Positions 38,599 to 52,046 of a stretch of 64,000 nucleotides of DNA are shown here, in pieces. Under the pieces are notes generated by a model, which saw only the letters and a program-made list of their open reading frames with translations, did no database searches and was not told where the DNA came from. Location: positions 14,632,001 through 14,696,000 of the forward strand of contig NC_135887.1 in the NCBI RefSeq assembly GCF_964194155.1. Reading direction: 5' to 3'. This DNA is from Cetorhinus maximus. Lineage: Eukaryota. The translations under genes were made by a program, and so were the position numbers. Each line of letters begins with the position of its first letter. Within the stretch, counting starts at the first letter, position 1.

Positions 38599-39845
38599 CT
38601 GACAAAAGACAGTGATCAGTATTAAATATCTGCTGTTAGCAGTAGTGCAGAAACACTGATGCAGTTGTGAAAGATTTCGTTATAGTAGCAATTTCAAGAT
38701 TTTTGAAGGCTTTCATGGATGGTACTTTCATTGTTACAATAACCCAAGTGAGTCTATTTTTGCAACCATTTCAGATGCTAAACCTCCTCTTGTGAATGAG
38801 TTTTTAAATTTCAAAATTTGTTTTTGTTCAAAATGGAGAAACTGTATAAATTCACCACGTACGTGATTATAATCTACCTATACTTTTTTACGTTCTGTTT
38901 TAGAGACAGAAACATCAGGACTTTTCAAAATGTAGTTGCATGCTGGGCATGTTCAAATACAACAGCAGGCTGTGCAAGACTTTTATTCTGTGGGTTGCTT
39001 GGGTGCATACCACAGAGCCCCGTGGGCCACATATAAAGTTTAAATCAATATTCCAATCAGCTTGGATACATCTCAAGCTGTGAATACAAATAGATCTGTT
39101 CTGATTTAGGATTTACTCACCAATGAGGCAACAGCACTAAGAACAGTCCTTCTCAAACCTGCAGGCCCATAAGATTCAAACAGAAAAGAATGAAAAGAAA
39201 TGTAAATGACCAGGGCTACAGGCTTCATGTGGCCTACAGACCATTGTTTGGACATCCTTCTATTAAAGGGAATGACTTCTTTTCATCCTACTTATGTTTC
39301 TTTCACACACGAGAAAAGGGAGTTAGGGAAAATACCATGACTATGGTGCAGTTATTTGATTTTGACAATAGCGTATGTTCCAGTGTCTTTTACTAAGTCA
39401 TATGAGTTCATTCTTATTCTGATATTTGTGTCCACATAAGGCAAGAAAGAATTTCTAAATATTTAGTTTTGGAACCAAACATCAAAGCCCACTGCCATGT
39501 GGCTTATGCTGGCTGGTAAAGTGCATCACAGATAGTCACTGGTGAGAAGGGTGCTGAAGCAGCAGCAGCCTATTGAAAAGCTGTTCTGCTCGCTTTCAAA
39601 GTTGTTAATTTAATTTTCAAAGCAGGTAAATCTTAATGAACATACTAAACCTATCATAGAATCTCCTTGCTTGTCCCAACACCCTTCCCAACAATTTCCC
39701 CCACTTTTTTATCAAGCACTCCTGAAAACTGCATTGCATGTGCTCTGGGTATGATTCAAAGCAATAATTTAAAAATTCCATACGCTGGTAAGGCTACACA
39801 AATCAAACATGGTAGAGCCCACGCGAATTAGAAGCAGCATCGTAC

Positions 39846-39898
39846 CTAGTATAGGAATATTTATTGTTGCTCCTGTTATGTAGCAGCTTCACAACTGG
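39846..39898 (-). CDS. TNFAIP1: TNFAIP1 coding exon 4
   Basis: PVVKLLHNRSNNKYSYT-S; 53 nt; CAG acceptor and GTACGA donor; preceded by a 114-bp intron. Confidence 0.96.
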
Positions 39899-40012
39899 CT
39901 GTTGGTAAAAAAAAATAAAGGCAGTTAGCTTTTACTAAGTAGTTTGGAGAATGAAGTAGTAAGTCTGAGAAGAGTTCTTCTATTACGAAAAAAACCACAA
40001 GAATCTTGTGAC

Positions 40013-40102
40013 CTTAGCGCATGTTTCAATCAGTCGTTCTTCCTCCTTAGGAGAGGTGATCATGGGGATAGTGCACGCAACTTCACAGCATTCATTCTTT
40101 TC
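40013..40102 (-). CDS. TNFAIP1: TNFAIP1 coding exon 3
   Basis: EKNECCEVACTIPMITSPKEEERLIETCAK; 90 nt; TTTAG acceptor and GTCACA donor. Confidence 0.93.
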
Positions 40103-40714
40103 CTAAAGAAAATCAAATTATAAACACAGATGAAAAGAAGTCACCAATGAATGGAAACAAATAAACAATTCTTCACACAACTGTATTTTAGAAACAGCTG
40201 AGGATGACATGCGGTTACTATGGTGACCACAACTTAAACTTTCACCGAGTATTGTAAATGTGGAAAATATTCCTGCTGCACAAAAGAGACAGTGAAGGGA
40301 ACTGTTGTGTTTTATTCTTAGGTCATGTGTAGTGCATCGCTCAGTATTTCACTGCCAGCAGGGTATGCCAGCTGCACAGCCTCATCAACTCGCTGCTTCC
40401 TCAACCATCACAGAAGAGAATTTTAATTATGTTACTGAGGTTTTTCAGCAAAACTTTATGAACAACTTTAAAAACTCTTATCAGGCACTTTCTGCTACAA
40501 TCTACAGGCTTGCATAACCAAGCATGCGGTCTTCCAATCACTGCTCGCTGTCTCACCTCTTCTCAGTTACTTTTTCTAACCTTGATTGTGTCTTGCAATG
40601 TGGATTTTCACCCCAACAGTAAAGTTTTTCAACTTTAAAAAAAACAGAATCGAGTTTTGTGCAGCTTCCCCAAAGCTGAATGAATGCATTCATAATTTTG
40701 TATTCCCTATCCCC

Positions 40715-42520
40715 TGAACATGCGAACTAGGAGGAGTAGGCCACTCGGCCCGAGCCTGCTCCACCATTTGATAAAATCATGGCCGATCCGACTATAACCT
40801 CAACTTCACATTCCCGCCTACCCCCGATAACCTTTTGCCTCCTTGCTTATCAAGAATCTATCTACCTCTGCCTTAAAAATATTCAAAACTCTGCTTCCAC
40901 TGCCTTTTGAAGAAGAGTTCCAAAGGCTCACGGCACTCCGAAAAAAAATTTCTTCTCATCTCTATCTTAAATAAATGATCCCTTATTTTTAAGCAGTGAC
41001 CCCTAGTTCTAGATTCTCCCACAAGAGGAAACATCCTCTCCACATCCACCCTGTCAAGACCCCTCAGGATCTTAAAGGTTTCAATCAAGTCGTCTCTTAC
41101 TCTTCTAAACTCCAATGGATACAAGCCTAACCTGTCCAACCTTTCCTCATAAGACAATCCACCCATTCCTGTTATTAGTCTAGTAGCCCTTCCCTGAGCT
41201 GCTTCTAATGCATTTATATCCTTCCTTAAATAAAACCAATACTGTACACAGTACTCCAGATGTGGTCTCACCAGTGCCCTGTACAATTGAAGCATAACCC
41301 CCCTACTTTTGTATTCAATTCCCTTTACAATAAACAATAATGTTCTTTTAGCTTTCCTAATTACATGCTGTACCTGTATACTAGCCTTTTGTGATTCATG
41401 CATTAGGACACCCAGATCCCTCAATTTCAGAGCTCCGCAATCTCACACAGTTTGGATAATATGCTTATATTTTGTTCTTCCTGCCAAAATGGACAATTCC
41501 ACATTTGCCCATATGATACTCCATTTGCCAGATCTTTGCCTACTCACTTAACCCATGTCCCTTTGTAGCCTCCTTATGTCCTCTTCACAACTTATCTTCC
41601 CACCTATCTTTGCGTCATCAGCAAATTTAGCAACCATACCTTCAGTCCCTTCATCCAAGTCATTTATATAAATTGTGAAAAGTTGAGGCCCTGATCCCTG
41701 TGGCACAACACTCATTACATCTCACCAACCAGAAAGAAACCCATTTATGCCTACTCTGTTTTCTGTGAGCTAGCCAATCTTTTATCCCCGCCAATATGTT
41801 ATCCCCTATACCATGAGCTTTTATTTTCTGCAATAACCTTGATGTGGCACCTTATCAAATGCCTTCTGGAAATCTAAGCACAGTACATCCACCGGTTCCC
41901 CTTTATCCAGAGTACATGTGACTCCTTCAAGTCACTCCAAAGAACTCCAATAAATTGGTTAAACATGATTCTCTTTCACAAAACCATGTTGACTCTGCCT
42001 CCCAATGACAGATGATAAGCTAACTGGCCTGTAGTTTCTTGCTTTCTCTGTCAATCTTCCTTCTTGAATAAAGCAGTTACATTTGCTATTTTCCAATCTA
42101 TTGGAACCTTCCCCGAATCTAGGGAATTTTGGGAAATTAAAACCAATGCCATCAATTATCTCACTAGGCATTTCTTTAAGACCCTAGGATGAAATCCATC
42201 AGGGCCCGGTAATTTGTCAGCCTGCAGTTCCAACAATTTACTCAATACCACTTCCCTGGTGATTGTAATTTTCCTGAGTTCCTCTTTCCCTTCCATTTCC
42301 TGATTTACAGCTATTTCTGGGATATTATTTGTATCCTTTATAGTGAAGACTGATACAAAATACCTGTTAAGTTCATCTGCCATCTCCTTATTTTCTATTA
42401 TTAATTCTCCACTCACTTTCTTTAGGGCCAACTTTCACTTTGTTAACCCTTTCCTTATTTAAATACCTATAGAAACTCTTACTGTCTATCTTTAAATTTC
42501 TAGCTAGCTTTCTCTCGTAC
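40715..42520 (-). mobile_element. CR1 LINE RT portion in a TNFAIP1 intron
   Basis: ADELNRYF, PGPDGFHPRVLK, NYRPVSL, QHGF, LVRPHLEYCVQ motifs in several frames. Confidence 0.93.
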
Positions 42521-43087
42521 TCTGGAAATAAAAATCAGTTTAAAAAAAGTTTAAACAGATCACTGTAACAAGGCAACTAGATATCACAATGAGTTAACAT
42601 TCTGGTGTTTGCTTGTGGGCCCAGGGTTGAATGCAACCTCGAACGATGGTGTTGAAGCCTCCGTTCATTGTCTATCAGCTCTAGAAATTGAGAGCGAATT
42701 GAGCGTAGCCACTTTTAACCCAGTTCCATCACTAAATTAGTGATCTAATTTGAGGTTTTAGGATGGTGGAAGTGTGGCGCAGGAAAAACTCCCACTGATG
42801 CAGTGAATATCCTCATGGTTTTTGAGGGTATGTTCCATAATTCTGGCAGAGTTAGGAAGAGTTTTGCCTCATGCCTATTCATAATACAATTTTACTGGGA
42901 TTCAGTGCTTGTGCTGAAACTGGAGGATATGTTGAAGGTTTTGTGCCACAAGATATTTACTAATAGAGCAGTTTTCGAATACCACATTTTACACCTATGT
43001 CCCACAATCAAATTAACACAGTTATATTATTATTTAGGAAAACTATTCTGTTGCGTAAAACAGTAAGACAGCACCTTTTTAAGTTAC

Positions 43088-43257
43088 CTGCAAAGCAGTC
43101 TGACAGACATCCACTAGGCCCTGAATGAGGTAATATTTAGCTTCTGCCAACAGTTCCTTTATTTCCCGCCTACTCTTTGGAAGGATAATCGAGTCATCCC
43201 GCAAGTAGTTCAAAACGGTACCAAAATGTTTGCCACAACGGTCGATAAGAATCCAAC
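43088..43257 (-). CDS. TNFAIP1: TNFAIP1 coding exon 2
   Basis: (G)[56 protein letters not shown]; 170 nt; CAG acceptor and GTAACT donor; phase consistent. Confidence 0.97.
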
Positions 43258-43651
43258 CTGTTTGGAAAAAATATCAAATATTTCACAGTAGAGGGGTGTG
43301 ATTCAAAGCAAGGATACTTGACAACCAGAACCTAATTTTCTACAAAAGGTAAAATCAAGGATCCACAGTACCCCACCCCTAAATTACTTAAATGAACACA
43401 GGGTATTGTGGATAAGGTGGCCATTTGGTTCATCAAATCCATCCAGGTAGAATCTGCTTGGTCACACACTATTAATTCAATTTTATTTACAGAAGGAAAG
43501 TTCTCCAAAGTTTCTTCTGATCCTTCAACCACAATGTGTGCAAACTTTCAGCATATCAAAGCTTAGAAACTACATTATTCATCATTCTTCAGGTGACCAG
43601 ACATTGCTATGGTTCCACTATCATTTAATTATCTTCTGTCCTTCATAGCAT

Positions 43652-44440
43652 CAGCCTGGGCTCAGTTGGCAGTACTCTCAAATCTGAAGGTTGTGGTTCA
43701 ACCCATACTCCAGAATTTCAGGACTCAACCCAGGCTGACACTCCAGTGCAGCACTGAGTAAACGCTCCCAAGACTGGATGTGCCATCCTTGGGATCAGCC
43801 ATTGAACTGAGGCCTCAATGGTTTTGACGAACATCAAAAGATCGAGAACTATTCAAAGAACAGTAAATATTTCTACAGTACCAAAGCCAATATTCCTCCC
43901 TCAAGCAACATCAAAAACTTAATAACTGATGATTCATCTAGTTGTTGCTTTTGGGGTAATGCTGTGTGCAAAACACAAGAACATTAGAAAGAGGAGGAGT
44001 AGACCATACGACCCCTCAAGCCTGCCCTGTCATTCAATACAATCCTGGCTGATTCTCAGCCTCAACTCACTTTCTTGTCTGCTCATCATACCCCTTAATT
44101 CTCTGAGACAGCAAAAATCTGTCCACCTCAGTCTTAAACATATTCAATATGGAGCATCCACAATCCTCTGGGGTAGAGAATCCCAAAGATTCGCAAGCTT
44201 TTGAGTGAAGAAATGTCACCTCATTGCAGTCCTAAATGATTAGCCCCTCATCTTGAGACTGTGCCCCTGTGTTCTAGGCTCCCAGCTTGGGGAAACCTCT
44301 GTGTCTATACCGTCAAGCCCTTTCAGAATAATTTATGTTTCAATGAGATCACCTCTCCTTCTAAACTCGAGAGGGGTTAGGCCAAATTTACGCAGCAAAC
44401 AGCTGCACTATTTGAATATACAGTAGTCATTGCATATTCA
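43652..44440 (+). mobile_element. SacSINE1-like SINE interrupted by a minus-strand CR1 3' fragment (~43975-44395)
   Basis: Head GGCTCAGTTGGCAGTACTCTC…GGTTCAA; SINE body resumes at about 44395. Confidence 0.7.
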
Positions 44441-46724
44441 CAAGATGCAACCCAACGCAAATTTAGCCGACTTGGTACAGTCACACTGACTGGGCTTTTC
44501 ACTGAAGCTAAATCAGCACAACCAAATTATTTTCCACTTTTGCTAAAGGGCACCTTATCACATTTCCCATTCCAAATGCAAAATAATACATTTATCTACA
44601 TTAAAACCCATTTGTCCTTAATTGGTTCAGCTTTCAATAAGTTGCTATCAATCACCCCTACACTCACCACCTAGTCAAATCTTTTAACACTATAAAGTGT
44701 CCTCCTTCGTATTGTTTGCTGATGTGTGAACTGTAAAACAACCAAGAATAAATCCTTCTGGAACTCCCTTAGTCACTGTCCATCTCCCTTCCTCCACCCC
44801 AAGAAAGACACTTCCATTTCTGACCTGGTTTTCAATCTAGTTATCTAATTTACCACAAATTCTGTAAACTTAACCATCAGCATTCCACGTGAAGCTTTGT
44901 TGAATACTATCTGAAAATTCAAGTTCTTCATACCAGCTCTATTAATTTAGTTCACATGTCAAAAAATACACTATCATTTTATTAGATATTGCTTAAAACT
45001 GCATGGTAGTAAGTGATTTATCCTCAGCAAACTCAGTGCCCCTTCAATGCCTGTTGTGTCCTTTTGTTTTGATCGAATTGAAAGTGATGGGCAGGGCAGG
45101 TGATTGGACATTTCCACCAAGGTGACAACTAAACTGTGTAACCTAGACAATTAAGTTATCTTCTCATATTGAATATTAAAAATGTTATTTTTTACAAGAC
45201 ACTTTAATAGTTAAAAGTTACCATTGCTCCATGAGGCCAATGAGAACTTCGCTAGCTAGTTAACACTACAATAAAAAGCTGGTATTAAAGAAGATTAGAT
45301 GCGAGATCAGATTTTTAAAAACAAAAGTATTGACAATGTAGACAGAGAGGGGTGCTTTGTGAAACATTAGACAATAGAATTATAATCCAAAGGAAACCCG
45401 GAGTTAAATTAAAGATATTTTGAATAGCTTTTTTTTTTTGCTCAAGTGTCAATAATTTACAAACATATCACCTGCAGGTACATAAGCTTGCTGTACCACC
45501 TGACTGATCCAGTGTGGCATCCTTTAAAAAAGTAATTGCAAAACAAAACCGGACTGGCTTTCAGTTCATTTACAATTTTCTTTTGGGGGAAAAAAAAATC
45601 AGCAGATTAGATCCCAAAACTGGACGGCAAAAACTGTTTAGTGTTCTAGTCTTTCCCCCAAGATCTCAAAACTGGAAGTTTGCCTTCCCTTCCTCCAAGA
45701 ATCTCCAAGTTTTTAACATCCAAGATTGACCCCACTAAATGTCAGTTGGTTTATCTTCTCTCTAAATTTGGCAGTGTTCTATCCTTTGGACTTTGATCCT
45801 TGAGCTAGATTTCCCAATTTAACAAAATTGTTTTATTCCCATGCTCTTATCGTAGATCAGAAAGCTCTATTCCAGTGTGCACGGCAGACTGTAGAATTTG
45901 TATCATTTAATATTTGTTATGTCATAATGCAAACTTACAAAGACTGCAAATAACAACAGGAGAGTGCAACACTAACTGGTAGACTTGTAGGCACAATAAA
46001 TCAATACCAATAATTTAGCTACTTCGTTTTGTAACTTTCTTCGCTTGCAATGCTCTACAGAGCTCATCACCAAAGCATAATTTTTCAGAGGCAAACAACC
46101 CCAGGCAAAAATCCCATTAAAACAGCATGATACTAATTTGAAACATGTGACCTGCTATTCCCTGTGATTATTAAAACATAGGCATGTAAAATTCACTGCA
46201 TATATCTTGCTGTCTTTACTGGTTCTAGCTTAAGATATGATTTTCATTACACCCAGATGTCCCAGACAGTTCTAAACATAAATCAATATCATAATTCAGT
46301 AATTGAAATAATTGCAGGTAACACTATACAATTTTATTTGAGAAGTTATTTTACAATTAAGTTGAGAGCCCTACAGCTTTACCTTATAGCATATGCTGAG
46401 CTCTCCTATAAAATCGGTGGTGAAAATTCATTTTATCAGTGTTAACTGGCCATGCCTGGACCCATCACCTCCATCAATTATTTCTAAAGAACTTCTGTTT
46501 ACCACACATCAGGCCTCGGGCATCACACTTATTATTTCTTTTCAATGATCTGACAGATTGCAAACAGTTGCAAATGCTGGAGGAGAAAAGCCAAACTGCC
46601 ATTTTTCCACATTTCAGCACTTTAATACATAACACTACCAGCCGTCACATCTTGTGGGATATGCATTTCAAAAACTAAAATAACTTTTGTTTACTTCTGG
46701 TACAACTAGTTAAATTAGGTTCAC

Positions 46725-46938
46725 CTTCTTTGTCAGTAAGCACTTCCATTCTTCCACTAAACATTGCCTTTAGCATGGTATCATGTCTGGTTAAAATCTG
46801 AACAGTGGTGTAGTACAGGGAGCCTCCAACATTTAATCGTATGTATTTGTTCCCCATGCTTCCTCCTTTAAAGCTGATAGCCTTAGGCTTGGCTCCAGAA
46901 GATGGGTACAGTGATGTTAAGCAGGTGTCTCCAGACAT
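46725..46938 (-). CDS. TNFAIP1: TNFAIP1 (BACURD2) coding exon 1 (exon 2 spans 46725-47070), start of BTB/POZ domain
   Basis: [72 protein letters not shown]; 214 nt; donor G|GTGAAC; upstream acceptor TTGTTTTTAG at 47071. Confidence 0.97.
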
Positions 46939-47589
46939 GTCTCTCTGCAGATAAATGGTGACTCTGCACACAGTTGGCTTAAGCTGTCCCGCCGTGGTTG
47001 GTGCGTGCAAGCCAGACAAAAATGAGCCAAGATCAGGTCACGTTCACAAATGTTCATAACATCTGCGCCACTAAAAACAAGGAAAATAATTTTGTTATAC
47101 ATGAAGGAACTACAAACAAACAGCGCTTTGCATCCAATCTGAAAGTGCACTACATCACAGGATGGCTACACCAACATTTTACCTTCTCCGTGGATATGAG
47201 CATTATGGAAACGCCTAGTCCAGTGAATGCGCTTTGTGAAATATTCGCAATTCTAACCACAAAGCATAATCCAAAGGAGGAAGTGGATAATTCAGCCCAC
47301 AAATGACCATTATGACCCTCAATCCTGCACCCAAGTCTTTCAGATTTCTTCAGTTAGAATTCTTTATTATTTAATATTAAACCTGGAATTTTAACTTCAG
47401 TTCCCCTTTTTGTGCATGTAAAACCTTTGATGATACATTCAATAATTAAGCAATGAGTTATTTTGTGTGCAAAAGAACTGCTTCCACAAAGACACAAGAT
47501 ATGCAGCAATTCGGTGCCAAAAGGAAACAAAACATACAATTTTCAAAATTAAGTTTCACAATTTGAAAAAAATGACAAATTTTACATTT

Positions 47590-48110
47590 ACGTACAAGCA
47601 AGGAGCAGGAGACCATTTGGCCCCTCAAGTCTGCTCCAACATTCAATAAGGTCATGGCTGATCTGATAGTAACCTCAAATCTGCATCGTGCCTACAGCGA
47701 TAACTTTCATTCCCGTGCTTACCAAGAATCTATCCACCTCTGCCTTAAAAATATTCAAAGCCTCTGCTTCCACTGCCTTTTCAGGAAGAGAGTTCCAAAG
47801 ACTCACACCCCGCAGAAAAAACTTCACCTCATCTCCGTTTTAAATGGGCAACCCCTTGATAATAAACAGTGGCCCCTAGTTCTAGATCCTCCGAGAAGAG
47901 AAAACATCCTCTCCACATCCACCCTGTCAAGACCCCTCAGGATCTTAAAGGTCTCAATCAAGTTGCCTCTTACTCTTCTAAACTCCAGCTGATACAAGCC
48001 TAACCTACCCAGCCTTTCCTCATAAGACAACCCACCCATTCCAGGTATTAGTCTGGTAAACCTTCTCTGAACTGCTTACAATGCATTTATATTTGAATGA
48101 TGTTTTAATA
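47590..48110 (-). mobile_element. CR1 3' fragment
   Basis: LSYEERLGRLGLY…RGNLIETFKIL. Confidence 0.9.
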
Positions 48111-48149
48111 AGGTGGTTACTAGGAAAATTGAATTTCAAATTAAAGTTG

Positions 48150-48865
48150 CCAGTGACATCAGCAAAGTGATGGAAAGTGTCATCGACAGTGCTATCAAGC
48201 AGCACTTACACAGCAATAATCTGCTCAATGACGCTGTTTTGGGTTTCCCAGGGCCACTCAGCTCCTGAACTTTTTACAGCCTTGGTCCAAACATGGACAA
48301 AGGAGCTGAACTCAAGAGGTGAGGTGAGAGTGACTGCACTTAGCATCAAGGCCGTATTTGAGCGTGTATGGCATCAGGTACCCTAGCAAAACTGGGGTTA
48401 ATGGGAATTGGGGAAAATTCTCCACTGGTTAGGAGTCATACCTAGCACAAAGCAAAATGATTCTGGTTGCTACAAGTCAATCATCTCAGCTCCAGGACAT
48501 CACTGCAGGTGTTCCTCAAGGTAATGTCCTCAGCCCAATTATCTTCAGCTGCTTCATCAATGACCTTCCTTCCATAAGGTCAGAAGTGGGGATGTTCACT
48601 GATGATTGCACAATGTTCAGCACCATTCATGACCCTTAGATACTGAAGCAGTCCATGTTCAAATGCAACAAGACCTCAACAATACCCAGGATTGGGTTGA
48701 CAAGTGGCAAGTAACATTTGTGCCACACAAGTGCCAGGCAAAGGCCATCTTCAACCAGAGAAAATCTATCCAGCTCACCATGACCTTTTCATGGGGAACT
48801 AGGGATGGGCAATAAATGCTGGCCTAGCCACTGACACCCACATCCCATGAACGAATAAAAAAAAA
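48150..48865 (+). mobile_element. CR1-group LINE RT fragment
   Basis: AGVPQGNVLSP…FINDLP…FTDDC. Confidence 0.85.
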
Positions 48866-49611
48866 TGAACAGCATCTGTATATGGATACCAAAGGGCTCC
48901 TTATTAGTCATGGAGAAAAAAAGTTCCAGCAAGAGTTAAGGGGAGGGGATAAAGGGGATAAACAGAAGACTAATTCTTCTGTGAACTGCTTGTGCAACAT
49001 AATGAATAATGGATATTAAATGAATGGGTGAGTCAGACAGAGCTCAGCAAGGTTTCTCAAGGTTGGAACAAATATATTTAATTATCCAGATGACTGTCTC
49101 ATACACTCTTTGAAAAATGAATGTTAAATTACACCCACACATCAGAAGCCTAACAAAGATGCAAGTAGATGGGTGGATTTTTAAAAATGTGGGGCAGAAA
49201 AAGGTAGCATTCGTTGATCTAACAGATCACATTACCAAATGTAAACACAGTTCGAACCCCTGCACCTACTCCTTCACACAAACAAATATACTTTTCACAT
49301 AAGTAATCATACAGCAAAATATTAAGTCTCTTTTTAGCTCAGCTCTGTAAATCGGAAGTAAACAGATGCTGCAATGGCTCCAACTTTCAAATGAACAGAA
49401 TTAGGCCCCATTAACACCATTTGGCAGAAACAAGGTGACTTGCTGACTTTTATAGGGTATAATGTAACATTGGATTAAAGCTCAAGGCAAGGTCCGACTC
49501 TTCACAACAGAAAATATTACAAAAAAAATGTGGTCTCAGTTTAATCAGCTGTTCGAATTTAAATTCAGTCACTATTGTCAAAGGAGCCTTAAGCATTAAG
49601 CTCCTACAACA

Positions 49612-50030
49612 CAACTTCTAGAATTTAGAAGAATGATAGGTGATCTCATTGAAACATATAAAAATTTTTTAACAGGCTTGATAGGGTGGATGCTGGGCAG
49701 GTGCTTCCCTTGGATGGTGAGCCTAGAACAAGGGAGCATGGTCTCAAAATAAGGGGTCAGCCATTTGTGACTGAGATAATGAGAAATTTCTTCACCTATA
49801 GTGTTGTGGATCTTTTGAATTTTCTATCTCAGCGGGCTGCGAATGCTCAGTTGTTGAGTACATTCAAGAGAGAGATGGATAGACATTTGGATACTAAAGG
49901 AATTAAGGGATATGGGGATAGTGCAGGAATCTGGAATTGAGGTAGCTGATCAGCCATGATGGTATTGAATAGTGGAGCAAATGCAAAGGATTGAATGGCC
50001 CACTCCTGCTCCAATATTTTATGTTGTTAT
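49612..50030 (+). mobile_element. CR1 3' fragment
   Basis: RTREHGLKIRG…RNFFT; CR1 tail. Confidence 0.85.
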
Positions 50031-51354
50031 CTGACACTTCGTGGTCACGCAGTTTCTAAAAAAAAATACATCATAAAGTTGCACGATGGATAATTAATTT
50101 ATGGCATGCCATTCCCTATCTCTAACCTCCTCTAGCTCTACAACTCCCGCTACCATATCGCCATCCTTGGAACTCTTCATTCTTATCATTCTGCTTCTTG
50201 TGCACCCCATCCCCAACACACATTGGAAATTATGCTTGCAGTCAATCCGTCTCCATGTTCCCAAAGCCATTCATCTCCCCGCTTCCCTCCAATTCTTAAA
50301 ACCCACCTCCTTCGCCAAGCTTGTGGTCACCTCTTCTAGCATCTCCCTCTATGGGCTGTGTTAATTTTTGTATGATTATGCATCTGTGCAGCACCTCAGG
50401 ACGGGTTTCAATGCTAAAGACATTATATAAATAAGAGTTTAAATACACAATAGGAATGAATCATGCAAGAGTAAATAGAAAGCAGCACACCTGTATCCCG
50501 CATTAAATTTCATGATGTTGATTGTGCAGAAGGTAGTATGCAAATTGAGATTCAAAGTGAGAGTAAATATTTTACATTCTTGGCTCATGCACTCTCTTAA
50601 ATATTATTCCTGTATTCCTTAAAACATCAATCCACTCACTAAAAGAACTGTGTATTTCGAAATAGGATAAACACTCTGCAGACTTCCAAATTATCACCTT
50701 AACGTAGGTAGAAAGTCATAACTATTCTCAAACTTCAGTCCAAAACTTGAGAACAAGAGCACTTAATTTAGATGTAAATACTATCACTTGCAGTCATACT
50801 TTGGTGAGTCAGCAACAGTGAAGACACCAAATGCTTCATAGAATTATCGCAATGCATTGAAAGAGAAAACTGAAAGAGCAGGGTGTGGGACAAGTCAGCA
50901 CAGGTATGATAAGCCAAATGGAATCCTTCTGCTCTGTAAAATTCTATGTTGTACTGTAGAGAGAAGTAGGAGTGTTTTAAGAAAAAGTCCATCATTGCAG
51001 AAATACATTCCAACATTGATCAACCAATCTCAGCAGGATAGCATTTTTCTTACAAAGCTATCTGAGGGAGTACTACTGATGGCAAATATCAGAGCAACAT
51101 GGCCACAAAGTGCCTCAACAGTAGCTTAAGTTCACTGCTGATAACAGCAGATCTAAAATCATTGGAAATTCAGCTGACATGGGAATCTGTGCTGTACAGG
51201 ATAGAAATAACGCAAAGACAAAAAAGAAATGCCAAGCAATTCACTCGAGTAATCTCACCACTTGATAATTTCCCACCTTAAACAGGCACTATTGTACACA
51301 AAATAACAGCTGTTTATTTCTTTAAGGTCAATTTAGATCAGGAAGTTTACCTAC

Positions 51355-52046
51355 TTGCTTTATATAACATTAGCTTACATTTCCATCACACCTTTAACAT
51401 AGTAAAATGTCTCAAGGCACTTTACAGGAGAGCTAACAATGAAAATTTGACACTAATTCACATAAGCTTTTTAGGGCAGATGACCAAAAACTTGGTCAAA
51501 ATAGGAGGTTAAAAGAGAGAAGACAGAGTGAGGCAGAATGGTTTAGGGGCGGATTGAGCATAGGGTCTTGGGTAGGCAAAGTCACAGATACCAATGTTGG
51601 AGACATTAAGATTAGGGTAGCTTAAGAAGCCAATATTCGAGGAGCACAGATATCTGGGAGCGTTGTGGAGGTGGAGGTGATTGCACAGACTAGGAGGGGG
51701 CAAGGCCATGGAGTGATCTCGAAACAAGGGTGAACATTTCAAAATTGGGAGCCAATGTGGGTAGGTGAGCAGGGGTGACAGGGAACAGAGCTTGTTGCAA
51801 GTTAGAAGACACACAGCAGAGTTTTGGACGACTTCAAGTTTACAAACAATAAAACATGGGACGCTAGCCAGGAGTGCATTTGAATAGTTGTGTCTAGAGG
51901 TAACAAAGGCATGTACATGTTTCAGCAATTGAGCTCAGCCAGAGGCAGTCAGGTGATGTTACAGAGGTGGAAATGGACAGCCTTAGTAATGGCACAGATA
52001 TGTGGTATCTCATTTCGGAGTCAGAGATGACATCAAGGTTACAAAG
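51355..52046 (-). mobile_element. L2-like LINE fragment, continuing at ~55836-56000 beyond the PLE/CR1 insertion
   Basis: HAFVTSRHNYSNALL…KLEVVQNSAV (L2 RT C-terminal motif). Confidence 0.8.

Noticed and set aside
37545-46938. Assignment to paralogs KCTD10 or KCTD13
   Set aside because: The MSGDTC N-terminus, the YDDR.LGHQ…RD C-terminus and head-to-head linkage with IFT20 point to TNFAIP1.
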